DNA of 64,000 nucleotides from Gemmatimonadaceae bacterium (GTDB lineage Bacteria > Gemmatimonadota > Gemmatimonadetes > Gemmatimonadales > Gemmatimonadaceae), in the NCBI GenBank assembly GCA_044224875.1, contig JBGAJQ010000006.1, positions 64,001 to 128,000 of the forward strand, in the 5' to 3' direction. Numbering within the stretch: position 1 is the stretch's first letter; the number at the start of each line of letters is the position of its first letter. Both the position numbers and the translations under genes were made by a program. Under the pieces are notes generated by a model. That model saw only the letters and a program-made list of their open reading frames with translations. It was not told where the DNA came from and did no database searches. Shown here piece after piece: positions 18,871-28,716 of the stretch.

Positions 18871-20906
18871 ACGACGCGGTCGATCTCCTGCGGTGGAGGC
18901 GTTGGCTGGTCCTGCTCTTCGCGGCAGGCGTCGTCGGTGTGCCCGCTGACCATCTGGTCGGGCGCGCCGCCGGGATGACCGCGCTGGCCAACGGGCCGTC
19001 GCCGTACTTCGTGGCGGGGCACGCATTGACGTTGTACCTGCTCGTTCCGTTGGCGGTGCTTTCGAGCCTCGTGCTGTACCTGCTACCCGGGTTGATGCTG
19101 GCGGTCGTGGCCGGCTGGGCGACGTCGATGACAGCATGGACGGTCACGGGCATGTTGCTGTCCCTGGTGGTGGTGAGCGTGACGGGCGGCGTCGCGACGG
19201 CGGTGGCCGGTGGGCCCGTCGAGGGAATCGCCAGTGTGGCGGTGACGCTCGGCGTTGCGGCGGTGTGTGCGGCCCTGGCTGACCGACAGGTGCACAGCGG
19301 CCGGCGGCGGGCGCCCGCGTGCGACGCCGACGAGCGCTGGACGATCGTCTTGATGGTGTTGTTGCCGCTGATCACCTACTGGCTGATGTCACCGAAGTTC
19401 CTGTGGGAGACGCTGAACGGTGATGGTGTGCACGCGTTCGAGTCCTCGCGGCGTTTGGTACGCCACGCGTTCCCGTTTTGGCCTGTGTCGGCGGGACCCG
19501 TGTCGCACTTTCCCGGCATGACATCGATGTTGTTCGCCTTTCCGAACGCGTACTTCTTCCGCCTGTTCGGAGAAATCGACGCCGCAGCGCGCCTGCCGTT
19601 CCTGTTGTACCTCCCCGTGCTTTTTTCCGGGCTGTTGGCGTTGGGAAGCCGTGATGGTCGCCGAGTACCGCCGCTCACTCAGGCCGCGGTGGCGGTGGGC
19701 TTGCTCGCCTACGCCTACGCGATGGCCTACTCCGCGACCTACAATCCGTACAGCGCCGACATCGCGTTGCCAGCCACGCAAGACACCCTGCTCATGGTCT
19801 GCTTTGTGGCGGCGGCCGGGGCATACTGGCGCCGTGACTGGGGCATGTTGTGGCTGTCGGCTGGGCTCACGTACCTGTCACTCCCCAGCGGCCTGATGCT
19901 GATGGGTTTCTTGCTGGTCGCTGACCTATTGGTGACCCGCCCCGTGCCGTGGCGCCAAGGCGTGCGCTTGGCGACGACGATTCTCGGGTGCGCGATTGGC
20001 GCGGCGATCCTTGCGCGTGCGGTCGTGCTCATGGGGTCGCCCGCACCGGGCCGAGAGTACGGGACGCTCGGCATCCTCCGCTACTTTGCCTTCTTGCAGT
20101 TCACGGACTGGACGCGACTGGCGCTGGTTGTTGTGCCTGCCGGCATCCTGCCCTACATCATGATGTTTCGATGGCCGGTCCTGGACCGTGCGTCGCGCGC
20201 CCTGATGCTGGTGACCGTGGCGTACTTTCTCTTCTTCTACGTCCAAGCCAACATCTCGGTGCACCACTTCGTTCCGGCCATGCTGCTCCCCGTACCGATG
20301 GCGTTGCGGGCCATGACGCGCGAGCCGCGCGCGGTCTCGCGCTGGTCGCTCGCCTGGTTGGGCGCCGCAGCGGCGTCGGTACTGTTCTCATTGCCCCGTA
20401 CATTTGCCGTCGAAACGGACGGACGGGCCGTCGGTCGCGCGGTGAGTGTGAACACGGGAGACTACGCCAAGTCGGACGCCGCCGTCTTTGCGTCCTCATT
20501 TCTGCTGAACCGACTCTTCCCGTACGACTGGGATCCGCTCGTGCCATTCGCTGCGTATGGCGGGTCGCCACTCTCCTGGAACCGATACGCGTTGCATGGT
20601 CTGCCGTCAGACTCAACGGCGTATGCGATTGTGCCGGTAGGGGCAGCCGCACCCGCTGGCATGCGCCTTGTGGCGTCGGATTCCACCGGGATGCTGTACT
20701 TGCGCGACGAGGCCCGGTGGATGGCGGACCTTGCGCGTCGTCCGGCGACGCCGGCGGGCAGCTCGACGTACTTCGTGCCGCGATCCATCCTCTTCCGCGC
20801 CGTCCCACACCACGGGAGTCCGCCGATCGTCGACGTCGTCGCGACGTTGGAGTCCTGGGGGGTCGACGTCGATCCGATCCTTGCTCGTCTCGGAGTGAAA
20901 CGTTAG
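18867..20906 (+). CDS. Polytopic membrane protein, possible GT-C fold
   Basis: GTGA overlap; about 14 TM segments; external loop LNGDG...E, FGEIDAAARLP. Confidence 0.6.
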   Translation: MNDAVDLLRWRRWLVLLFAAGVVGVPADHLVGRAAGMTALANGPSPYFVAGHALTLYLLVPLAVLSSLVLYLLPGLMLAVVAGWATSMTAWTVTGMLLSLVVVSVTGGVATAVAGGPVEGIASVAVTLGVAAVCAALADRQVHSGRRRAPACDADERWTIVLMVLLPLITYWLMSPKFLWETLNGDGVHAFESSRRLVRHAFPFWPVSAGPVSHFPGMTSMLFAFPNAYFFRLFGEIDAAARLPFLLYLPVLFSGLLALGSRDGRRVPPLTQAAVAVGLLAYAYAMAYSATYNPYSADIALPATQDTLLMVCFVAAAGAYWRRDWGMLWLSAGLTYLSLPSGLMLMGFLLVADLLVTRPVPWRQGVRLATTILGCAIGAAILARAVVLMGSPAPGREYGTLGILRYFAFLQFTDWTRLALVVVPAGILPYIMMFRWPVLDRASRALMLVTVAYFLFFYVQANISVHHFVPAMLLPVPMALRAMTREPRAVSRWSLAWLGAAAASVLFSLPRTFAVETDGRAVGRAVSVNTGDYAKSDAAVFASSFLLNRLFPYDWDPLVPFAAYGGSPLSWNRYALHGLPSDSTAYAIVPVGAAAPAGMRLVASDSTGMLYLRDEARWMADLARRPATPAGSSTYFVPRSILFRAVPHHGSPPIVDVVATLESWGVDVDPILARLGVKR

Positions 20907-20908
20907 GC

Positions 20909-22513
20909 ATGGCGACCCGCGTACGCTCCCTCTGGGTCTTCCTGCCTCTGGCCCTCGGCGCACTGCTCGCGCTCGCGTGGGTGCGCCTTACCGGTGGCAC
21001 ACCGATCCTCCGGCTGCTCGGGCAAGCTGAGTGGTCGGTCATGTTCTCGATGCTGGGCCTCACGGCGGCTTGGCTCGTCCTGCGATTCCTCCGCTGGCAG
21101 TTTCTGCTGCGTCGCGTCGGCGTGCGGCTCCCCATCCGACCAACGTTGGCCAGCTACATCGCGGCGCTTCCCGGAACGGCGACCCCGGCGTACGTCGGCG
21201 AAGTGGCTCGCGCGGTGTTCCTGCGACGACGGTTCGGCACACCGCTGCGACCACTCATCGGCATGCTGGTCATGGAGCGTCTCCTGGACGTGGCGGCGTT
21301 GGCAGTGATCGTTGCAGTTGGCGGTGGACCGACGGGCGTGCCACTGGGCGCCGCGTTCCTGGTGGCGTCTGTCGTCGGGCTGATGCTTCTGGCGTTGGTC
21401 GGACGACGTGCCGGGATCTCGCCGGAGGCCATCGCACGGTTGCGGTCGCCCGGGACACTGCTCGTCGCCCTTGGTGCGTCCCTCGTGGCGTGGGCCTTTG
21501 CCGGCTTGCTGTATGGCGTGGGTTCGGCGGCCCTCGGTGAGCGACTCCCCCTGGTGGGAGGTGCAACCGTGCTGGCGCGATCTACGCTACTTGGCGCCTT
21601 GACGCTGGCGCCCGCCGGCGTCGGGGCCACGGGGAGCATTGCCATTGTGCAGCTGCAACAAATGGGCATGGCGCTGACATCCGCGGTGTCGCTGGTCACC
21701 CTGGTGCGCCTGACGAGCACAGGTGCCGCTTTGGCCGTCGGCACGGTCTTCTTGTGGCGAGAGTGGCAAGGGTCCCGGGCCCCGGTGGAGGAGGGGGTCG
21801 CGCACTTTGACGAAATTGCCCAGGAATACAACGCGCAGTGGTCACCGCACGTGTGGGACCTGCTGCTCGATCGCAAGCTGACGCTCATGGCGCAGGCGTT
21901 GCCGTCTCCACCAGAGCGGGCGGGTGTTGGTATTGACCTAGGATGCGGCCTGGGAATCCAGACTGCGGAAATGCGCCGGCGGGGGTTTGCGGTCATCGGC
22001 GTCGAGCCGTCCGTGGGGCTGCTCCAGCAGAAGCGCGCCGGCGGTGCCCCGGTTGTTGCTGGCGACGCCATGAAGCTGCCAGTGCAAACGGCCAGCGTGG
22101 ACTTCGTCTTCCTCATTGGCGTGTTGCACCACCTGCCAGGCCGCGATGCACAGCGCGAGGCGCTGCAGGAAATCGCGCGGATCCTGAGGCCGGGTGGGAC
22201 GCTCCTTGTTCACGAGAGCAACCCACGGAATCCACTCTTTCGATTCTACATGGGGTATTTGTTCCCGATTCTGAAGAGTATTGATGAGGGCACGGAATGG
22301 TGGATCGATCCACGCAGCTGGCGATCGGCAGCGGGCTTCGACCTGGATGTTGTGAGATACTTCACGTTTCTCCCGGACTTCACGCCACGTTTCATGATGG
22401 GCCCGGCCATGGCAGTGGAGCGCTGGCTGGAACGCGGTCCGACGAGAGGGTATTCTGCCCACTACCTCGCCGTGTTGCGTCGGGGCAACGGGCCCGTTCA
22501 GGGGTCCAAGTAG
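20909..22513 (+). CDS. Fusion of a lysylphosphatidylglycerol-synthase-TM (flippase-like) domain and a class I SAM-dependent methyltransferase
   Basis: ATG 2 nt after the upstream stop; RFLRWQFLL, TPAYVGEVAR, ERLLD, PAGVG; C-terminal IDLGCGLG, GDAMKLP, VLHH, LRPGG. Confidence 0.8.
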   Translation: MATRVRSLWVFLPLALGALLALAWVRLTGGTPILRLLGQAEWSVMFSMLGLTAAWLVLRFLRWQFLLRRVGVRLPIRPTLASYIAALPGTATPAYVGEVARAVFLRRRFGTPLRPLIGMLVMERLLDVAALAVIVAVGGGPTGVPLGAAFLVASVVGLMLLALVGRRAGISPEAIARLRSPGTLLVALGASLVAWAFAGLLYGVGSAALGERLPLVGGATVLARSTLLGALTLAPAGVGATGSIAIVQLQQMGMALTSAVSLVTLVRLTSTGAALAVGTVFLWREWQGSRAPVEEGVAHFDEIAQEYNAQWSPHVWDLLLDRKLTLMAQALPSPPERAGVGIDLGCGLGIQTAEMRRRGFAVIGVEPSVGLLQQKRAGGAPVVAGDAMKLPVQTASVDFVFLIGVLHHLPGRDAQREALQEIARILRPGGTLLVHESNPRNPLFRFYMGYLFPILKSIDEGTEWWIDPRSWRSAAGFDLDVVRYFTFLPDFTPRFMMGPAMAVERWLERGPTRGYSAHYLAVLRRGNGPVQGSK

Positions 22514-22603
22514 TCGTGCCCGAGGCGATATGAGCTCCCGGCCGATGTCGCTTCCTCGCGCAGCGGGGCAACCTCGGGGCGAACCAGGCCTTTGGAGGAT
22601 GAC

Positions 22604-24823
22604 ATGACGGCTGACGCTCGCCGTGTCCGTATATTCGCTTCAGTCACGCTTGCCTTGGTCGTCGCGTGTTCCGGCGGCGACACCGCCGCGCCGAATATCA
22701 TTGCAGCTACTCCCACGCGCGTTGTCGTTGCGCCGTCCTCAGCGTCCGTTGCCGTCGGCGGCACGCAGCGGCTGCTGGCGACGCTGTACGACCAGAACAA
22801 CAACGTGATGTCGGGATACTCGATGGCATGGTCCACGTCGGATCAATCCATTGCAACCGTCAGCTCCGCCGGAGTGGCCACAGGTGTTGGAGCCGGGAAC
22901 GCGACCATCTCGGCGGTGGCCGGCGGTGTCACAGGCACCGCGTCCATCACCGTCACGGCTACCACCGTGACCCGCGTGCAGCTCACCCCCGCCGCCGCGA
23001 CGGTCGATGTTGGGTCCACCACGACGCTGACCGCGACCGGGTACGACGCGCAAAACGCCGTGGTCCCTGGTCGTCAGGCCGCGTTCAGCAGCTCCAACAA
23101 CTCAGCGGCCACGGTCAGCAGCGCCGGTGTTGTCACTGGCGTGGCCGCGGGATCGGCGACGATCTCGGGTACCATCGATGGCGCGACGGGGACCAGCACT
23201 ATCACTGTGCGCGCACCCGGGTCGGGCGCGGTGCAGTCGGTGACAGTAGTGCCAAGCCCCGTGAGTGTAATTCTGGGAAGCACCAGCGCGCTCACCGCCG
23301 TGGCGAAGGACGCGCAGGGAAACGTCATCACCGGCAGGGCAGTGACCTGGAGTTCGGCGACCACCTCTGTGGCGACCGTGAACGCGTCTGGAGTCGTCAC
23401 CGGTGTCGCCATCGGGACTGCAGTGATCAGCGCGACGATCGACGGCGTCGTCGGCGCGTCGACGGCGACCGTGGTGACCCTGCCGACCGGCAACGCCATC
23501 AGCGTGGATCCATCGCAAACGTTCCAGACCATCAATGGGTGGGAAGGGACGGGATCGATCGGCGAGGTCGAGTGCGATCAAACCGCCTTTCAGATCTACA
23601 AGGGGCCGGTCATCGATCGTCTGGCGAACGAGCTGGGCATCAACCGCGTGCGATTGCAGGTGCGCAGCGGGTACGAGTCGCCCGTCGACTACTTCGGGCA
23701 GTATCGAAGCGGGCAAATCACCTACGCACAGTGGCAGGCCAATTGGTACACGCCGGTCAACGATAACGCCAATGCCAGTAACACCGATCCCACCAGGTTC
23801 CAATGGGGATGGCTCGACTATCAGATTGACGAAGTGGTTGTGCCGTTGATGGCCAAGTTGCAGGCCCGCGGTGAGAGGCTCTACGTGAACTTGAACTACA
23901 TCGACTTTGCGCAGGGCAAGACAAAGTCATTCATTCAGATCAAGCAGCCGCAGGAGTACGCGGAATTCATCGCTGCGGCGTTCACGCACATCAAGCAGAA
24001 GTACGGCTGGTCACCGGACGCCCTGGAGATCATCCTCGAGCCGTCGAATGCCGGGGACGTGAACACCGGCGTGTACGGGACGGACCTTGGACCGGCCGTC
24101 GTGGCAGCGGCCAGCCGCCTTTCATCGTTAGGCTTCACGCCGGACATCATTGCGCCCTCGGACGCCTCCATGAGCGGGTCGGTGACGTTTTACGACCAGA
24201 TGATCCAGACGCCAGGGGCACTCTCCTACATCAAGGAACTATCGTATCACCGCTACCAGGGGGTCTCGCTCTCGGCGTTGCAGGCCATCGCCTTCCGAGG
24301 CCAGCGCGATCATGTCCGCACGGCCATGCTTGAATGGAACCAGGGCGTGAACATCGACACCCTGATCGAGGATCTGACGGTAGGAAATGTCTCGGCGTGG
24401 CAGCAGTTCAGCATGGCGTATTGCTCGCAGTCGACGCAGGCTGGCGCCACCGGCATCTACTACCAGGTGAACCAGTCCAATCCGTCGAATCCCATCGTCA
24501 CGATGACGAACAACGCACGCGACTATCGCCAGATCTTCCTGTATGTTCGAGCGGGGGCCGTGCGAGTGGGCGCCACTTCCGGGAATCCCTCCGTGCTGAC
24601 AACCGTCGCATTTCGGAATGCCAACGGAAAGCACGTGGCGGTCGTACGCTCACAGTCGGCGGCGGCTTTTTCGGTGACGGGACTTCCCGCCGGCACCTAC
24701 GGCGTCAACTTCAATTCATTCGCGCAGAATGGAGTGAACATGCCGGACGTGGTCGTGACGAGTGGCGGCGTGCTGAGCGCTGCCGCACCATCGAAGGGTG
24801 TGATGACCTTCTACCAGCGGTGA
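22604..24823 (+). CDS. Lipoprotein with three Big_2 Ig-like domains and a GH30-like (clan A) TIM-barrel domain
   Basis: Lipobox LVVAC; three repeats of WSTS/SS..ATV...GVVTGV; VDPSQTFQTINGW, ILEP, YHRY, MLEW, VRAGAVRV, VAFRNANG. Confidence 0.7.
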   Translation: MTADARRVRIFASVTLALVVACSGGDTAAPNIIAATPTRVVVAPSSASVAVGGTQRLLATLYDQNNNVMSGYSMAWSTSDQSIATVSSAGVATGVGAGNATISAVAGGVTGTASITVTATTVTRVQLTPAAATVDVGSTTTLTATGYDAQNAVVPGRQAAFSSSNNSAATVSSAGVVTGVAAGSATISGTIDGATGTSTITVRAPGSGAVQSVTVVPSPVSVILGSTSALTAVAKDAQGNVITGRAVTWSSATTSVATVNASGVVTGVAIGTAVISATIDGVVGASTATVVTLPTGNAISVDPSQTFQTINGWEGTGSIGEVECDQTAFQIYKGPVIDRLANELGINRVRLQVRSGYESPVDYFGQYRSGQITYAQWQANWYTPVNDNANASNTDPTRFQWGWLDYQIDEVVVPLMAKLQARGERLYVNLNYIDFAQGKTKSFIQIKQPQEYAEFIAAAFTHIKQKYGWSPDALEIILEPSNAGDVNTGVYGTDLGPAVVAAASRLSSLGFTPDIIAPSDASMSGSVTFYDQMIQTPGALSYIKELSYHRYQGVSLSALQAIAFRGQRDHVRTAMLEWNQGVNIDTLIEDLTVGNVSAWQQFSMAYCSQSTQAGATGIYYQVNQSNPSNPIVTMTNNARDYRQIFLYVRAGAVRVGATSGNPSVLTTVAFRNANGKHVAVVRSQSAAAFSVTGLPAGTYGVNFNSFAQNGVNMPDVVVTSGGVLSAAAPSKGVMTFYQR

Positions 24824-26538
24824 CCACGCGGTTCGTTGGAGCTTGGCGCTCGCGCACTCGGCTCGTGACCGGGTGCATGGTCGCGTTGGCAGTCGTTGGA
24901 TGCAGGTACTCCGACTCGGACATCGCGCCTGACGTGGCGGCGCACGCCGCGCGAGCGGCGGCCGCGTCCGTTGCGTTCATCGACCTGGGAACGGAGGCGC
25001 TCGTTCTTGCTCCTGGCACCGCCGCCTCGCTCAACCCCGTTGCCTACGACTCAACGGGGATGGCACTCACCAATCGCCCGATCACGTACGTCAGCCTGAA
25101 TCCCGCCGTGGCCGTGGTGGACGATCGCGGCCGAGTTGAGGGGATGACGCCGGGTCAGTCCAGTATCGTGTTGGCGGCCGGTGCAGCGCGGGATACGGTG
25201 GGCGTGGCAGTTGAGGCTGACGGCAAAGGCGCCGCGGTGGTCCATGTCTTTCCCGGGCAGGCGTTCCAGCGCATGGAGGGATGGGAGGCACATCATCAGT
25301 CCGGTGAGCTCGACTGCAATCCCGCGAACTTCGCCAGGTACCAGAACGAGCTCTTTGATCGAGCGGTCCAGGAACTGGGCATCAACCGCCTGCGGCTCGA
25401 GGTGCGAAGCGGCATGGAGGCTCCGCACCTGCGAAATCCCGGTGGAAACGAGGCGCAGTCCCGCGCCGTTTCGTTTGGCACGCCATGGTTCTCACCGGTC
25501 AACGACAATGAGGATCCGTCCGTCGCGGACTCCTTGGGGTTCCAGTTCGACTGGTTCGACTACAACGTCACCAGTACCATCCTCCCCCTGCGTGAGCGTC
25601 TGTCGAAGAGCGGTGAACGCCTGATCTTGAACCTGACCTACGTGGACTTCTTCCGCAGCACCCCGTTCGAGCAGATGCGCGATCCGCGCGAATACGCGGA
25701 GTTGCTGGCGGTGACGTTCGATCACATGCAGAAGAAGTTCGGCTTTGTGCCGGATGCCGTGGAGACGATCCTCGAGCCGGACAACACGCCGTGGACACCA
25801 GAACAGGTTGGCGCGGCGATCGTTGCGGCTGGCGATCGTCTGGCAGCCGCCGGTTTCCGGCCACAGTTTCTGGCCCCATCCACGACGAACCTGGGTGCGG
25901 CGGTCCGGTACTACGATCGCCTGCACCGAGTGCCCCGGGTGAACGAGTACGTGCGAACGCTCGTGTATCACCGCTACTCGGGTGTCAGTCATGCCTCGTT
26001 GCATCAGTTGCGACTGCGCGCCCGTCGCGACGGGCTTGGCATGGCGATGCTGGAGCACATGGGCGGGACGGCGGAGGAGCTGCATGAGGACCTGACGGTT
26101 GGGCAGGTCGGCGCCTGGGAGCGGTTCGCGTTGGCGTACTGCAGTCAGCGAGTCAATCCGGATGCCGAGGGCGTCTACTACCAAATCGCCCTGAAACGCG
26201 GCGCCGCCCCCCAGGTCGTGTTCACGAACGAGGCGCGGTTGCTCCGGCACTACTTCCTCTACGTTCGCGAAGGCGCCCAGCGGATTGGCGCAGCCTCCAC
26301 GGACCCGAACGTCGCACCAGTCGCGTTCCGCAACACGAATGGGTCCCAGGTCGTCATATTACGGTCACGTCGTGGCGGACCCTTCTCCGTGGCTGGTTTG
26401 GCGCCGGGTCGTTATGCGGTGATGTGGACGACCAGCGCCAACGGCCGCTCCGAAAGCCAGGACGTGGAAGTGGCAACAGGTGGCCGCGTGAAGGCCACCA
26501 TACCAGACGCCGGTCTCGTCACGATCTATCCACACTGA
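24820..26538 (+). CDS. Lipoprotein with one Big_2 domain and a GH30-like domain (paralog of the upstream gene)
   Basis: GTGA overlap; lipobox AVVGC; ELGINRLRLEVRSG, ILEP, YHRY, MLEH, VAFRNTNG. Confidence 0.7.
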   Translation: MTTRFVGAWRSRTRLVTGCMVALAVVGCRYSDSDIAPDVAAHAARAAAASVAFIDLGTEALVLAPGTAASLNPVAYDSTGMALTNRPITYVSLNPAVAVVDDRGRVEGMTPGQSSIVLAAGAARDTVGVAVEADGKGAAVVHVFPGQAFQRMEGWEAHHQSGELDCNPANFARYQNELFDRAVQELGINRLRLEVRSGMEAPHLRNPGGNEAQSRAVSFGTPWFSPVNDNEDPSVADSLGFQFDWFDYNVTSTILPLRERLSKSGERLILNLTYVDFFRSTPFEQMRDPREYAELLAVTFDHMQKKFGFVPDAVETILEPDNTPWTPEQVGAAIVAAGDRLAAAGFRPQFLAPSTTNLGAAVRYYDRLHRVPRVNEYVRTLVYHRYSGVSHASLHQLRLRARRDGLGMAMLEHMGGTAEELHEDLTVGQVGAWERFALAYCSQRVNPDAEGVYYQIALKRGAAPQVVFTNEARLLRHYFLYVREGAQRIGAASTDPNVAPVAFRNTNGSQVVILRSRRGGPFSVAGLAPGRYAVMWTTSANGRSESQDVEVATGGRVKATIPDAGLVTIYPH

Positions 26539-28716
26539 ATGAAAGGTTCGCTCCTCCAGACGCCGGCCGCTCGATTCATGATCGCCGCCGGCGCTCTTGT
26601 CGTGGCGGCGTTGGCGTTGGTCGCGTCGACATTCCGGGATCCGGACGGCACACTGGCCGCATCGAGCGCCTTTCCTCTCACCATCGCGATCGCGCTCCTG
26701 CTCGTAGCGATGTCGGCAGCCACGTCATGGCAGCGGGCGAGTCTTTGGGCCGCGCTTCTCGTGGTGGCGCAAGGAGCCTCCCTGCAGCTGATCGACGCAC
26801 CGAACAAGGTGGTCTACCAGCACTACCGCTTTGTCACCGGCGCGGCTCCTGTATTGCCACTCATCCCCTTGCTGGTGCTCGTGCTGCAAGCCGTATGGGT
26901 GGTTCGAGAATTGCGCGGTACGATTCCACAGATCCGTTCCTGGTGGCGATCGTCCTTTTCGCCGGTGGCCCGCGCCCTGATCCTCACAGGGTTTGTGCTG
27001 ACGAGCGCGACGCTCTCTCGCGACCTCTCCCTCTATGCCGGGGAGATACTCGTCGCCGCCCTCGTGCAACTGGTGGCGGTGTTGAATGCGATCTGTATCG
27101 CACGAGCCTTGCCGCCAGATGCCGGCCGCGCGATCGACACGCTCCTGACGTCACGTGGCACCACTGAGCACTCGTATCGCGCGGTGGACCGCTTCGCCAT
27201 GGTCTTGGCGGCGTGGGTGCTGGTGGCGTCAGCGTTCCTGGCGATCGTCGTGTACGAACGACATCCGCATGTCCCGGACGAGGTCGTGTATCTGCTGCAG
27301 GCTCGCTACCTGGCCAAGGGGATGTTGTGGCTGCCTCTCCCGCCGGTGCCTGAAGCCTTCAACCTGGACCTCATGTACTCCGACGCCACGCGATGGTTCT
27401 CCCCCGTGAACCCGGGGTGGCCGTTTGTGCTGGCGGCGGGAGCGTACGTCGGTGCGCCGTGGTTGGTGAACCCAATCCTTGGAGCGGTTTGCGTCCTGTT
27501 GGCCAATGGGGTGCTCGCCGAACTGTACCCAGTGCGGACACGCCGCATGGCGGTGCTACTGCTGGCCACATCGCCATGGTTCCTGTTCATGTCGATGAAC
27601 TTCATGACGCACCAGCTCGTGTTGGTAGCGGCGTTAGGCGCGGCGCTGGCGGTTGCCCGGGCGCGCCGACTGGCCAACGGACGGGCATGGCGCATGCTGG
27701 TCGGCGGCTTCTGTATCGGCGTCGTCTCGCTGGTGCGGCCGTTGGAAGGACTGGCCGTGGCGCTCCTCCTTGGCTTGTGGTCACTGCCGATCAGGGGGCG
27801 CCTCTTCCGTTTCGCGCCCTCGGCGTGGTTGGTCGTCGGGTCGGTGATGAGCGGGTTGCTGGCTCGCCCGTACAACGCGCTCATGACGGGGGATCCTTCG
27901 TACTTCCCGATCATGGCGTATATCGACAAGTATTACGCCAAGGGCGCGAATGATCTGGGCTTCGGTCCAAACCGCGGGCTCGGGTGGTCCGGTCTCGACC
28001 CGATCCCGGGGCATGGCGTGCTAGACGTGATCGTGAATGCCGACCTGAACGTGTTCTCGATCAACACCGACTTGTTAGGCTGGGCGGTCGGATCGTTAGG
28101 TGTCGTGGTTTTCCTGCTGGCGGCACGCCGCCTGCAACGCGCCGACTGGCTCATGATGGCCGTGATCGCGATGATCGCCGGGATTCACTCGTTCTACTGG
28201 TTCAGCGGTGGGCCAGACTTTGGCGCGCGCTACTGGTACCTGGTGCTGGTCCCCTGCGTGGTGCTCGCCGCCCGCGGCATGGAAGAGGTAGCCGTGACCG
28301 CGGCACCTTATGGCCCAAACATGTTCGGGCGTGCGACCGTCGCCACACTCGGCTTGGTGATGGCCTCGCTGCTGGCCTTTGTACCGTGGCGTTCCATCGC
28401 GAAGTACCACCACTTCCGAAACATGCGCGATGACGTTCGGACGCTGGCGGCTGAACGCCACTTTGGGCGAAGCATCGTCCTCGTGCGCGGAAACCGGCAT
28501 CCTGACTACGCCTCCGCCGCCATCTACAACCCGCTCGACCTGCATGCAGATGCCCCGATCTACGTCTGGGATGCATCGCCCGACGTGCGCAGGCAGGCGC
28601 TGGCCGCATATCCGGACCGCCCGGTCTGGATTCTCGACGGAACTACGGTGACGGGCGGCGCCTTCCGAGTCGCCGCCGGGCCGCTTACCAACGCGCAGGC
28701 GCTAGCGCTCCCGTGA
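26539..28716 (+). CDS. ArnT-like GT-C membrane glycosyltransferase
   Basis: PHVPDEVVYLLQAR, PGWP, VRPLE, GARYWY; many TM segments. Confidence 0.7.
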   Translation: MKGSLLQTPAARFMIAAGALVVAALALVASTFRDPDGTLAASSAFPLTIAIALLLVAMSAATSWQRASLWAALLVVAQGASLQLIDAPNKVVYQHYRFVTGAAPVLPLIPLLVLVLQAVWVVRELRGTIPQIRSWWRSSFSPVARALILTGFVLTSATLSRDLSLYAGEILVAALVQLVAVLNAICIARALPPDAGRAIDTLLTSRGTTEHSYRAVDRFAMVLAAWVLVASAFLAIVVYERHPHVPDEVVYLLQARYLAKGMLWLPLPPVPEAFNLDLMYSDATRWFSPVNPGWPFVLAAGAYVGAPWLVNPILGAVCVLLANGVLAELYPVRTRRMAVLLLATSPWFLFMSMNFMTHQLVLVAALGAALAVARARRLANGRAWRMLVGGFCIGVVSLVRPLEGLAVALLLGLWSLPIRGRLFRFAPSAWLVVGSVMSGLLARPYNALMTGDPSYFPIMAYIDKYYAKGANDLGFGPNRGLGWSGLDPIPGHGVLDVIVNADLNVFSINTDLLGWAVGSLGVVVFLLAARRLQRADWLMMAVIAMIAGIHSFYWFSGGPDFGARYWYLVLVPCVVLAARGMEEVAVTAAPYGPNMFGRATVATLGLVMASLLAFVPWRSIAKYHHFRNMRDDVRTLAAERHFGRSIVLVRGNRHPDYASAAIYNPLDLHADAPIYVWDASPDVRRQALAAYPDRPVWILDGTTVTGGAFRVAAGPLTNAQALALP

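Noticed and set aside
19949..20908. N-terminal 320 aa of the 854-aa ORF; similar upstream extensions on ORFs 24334, 40827-42161 and 17107
   Set aside because: They overlap real upstream genes in another frame; coupled downstream starts fit better
22700..23480. Repeated DNA segments
   Set aside because: Explained by three Big_2 Ig-like protein repeats
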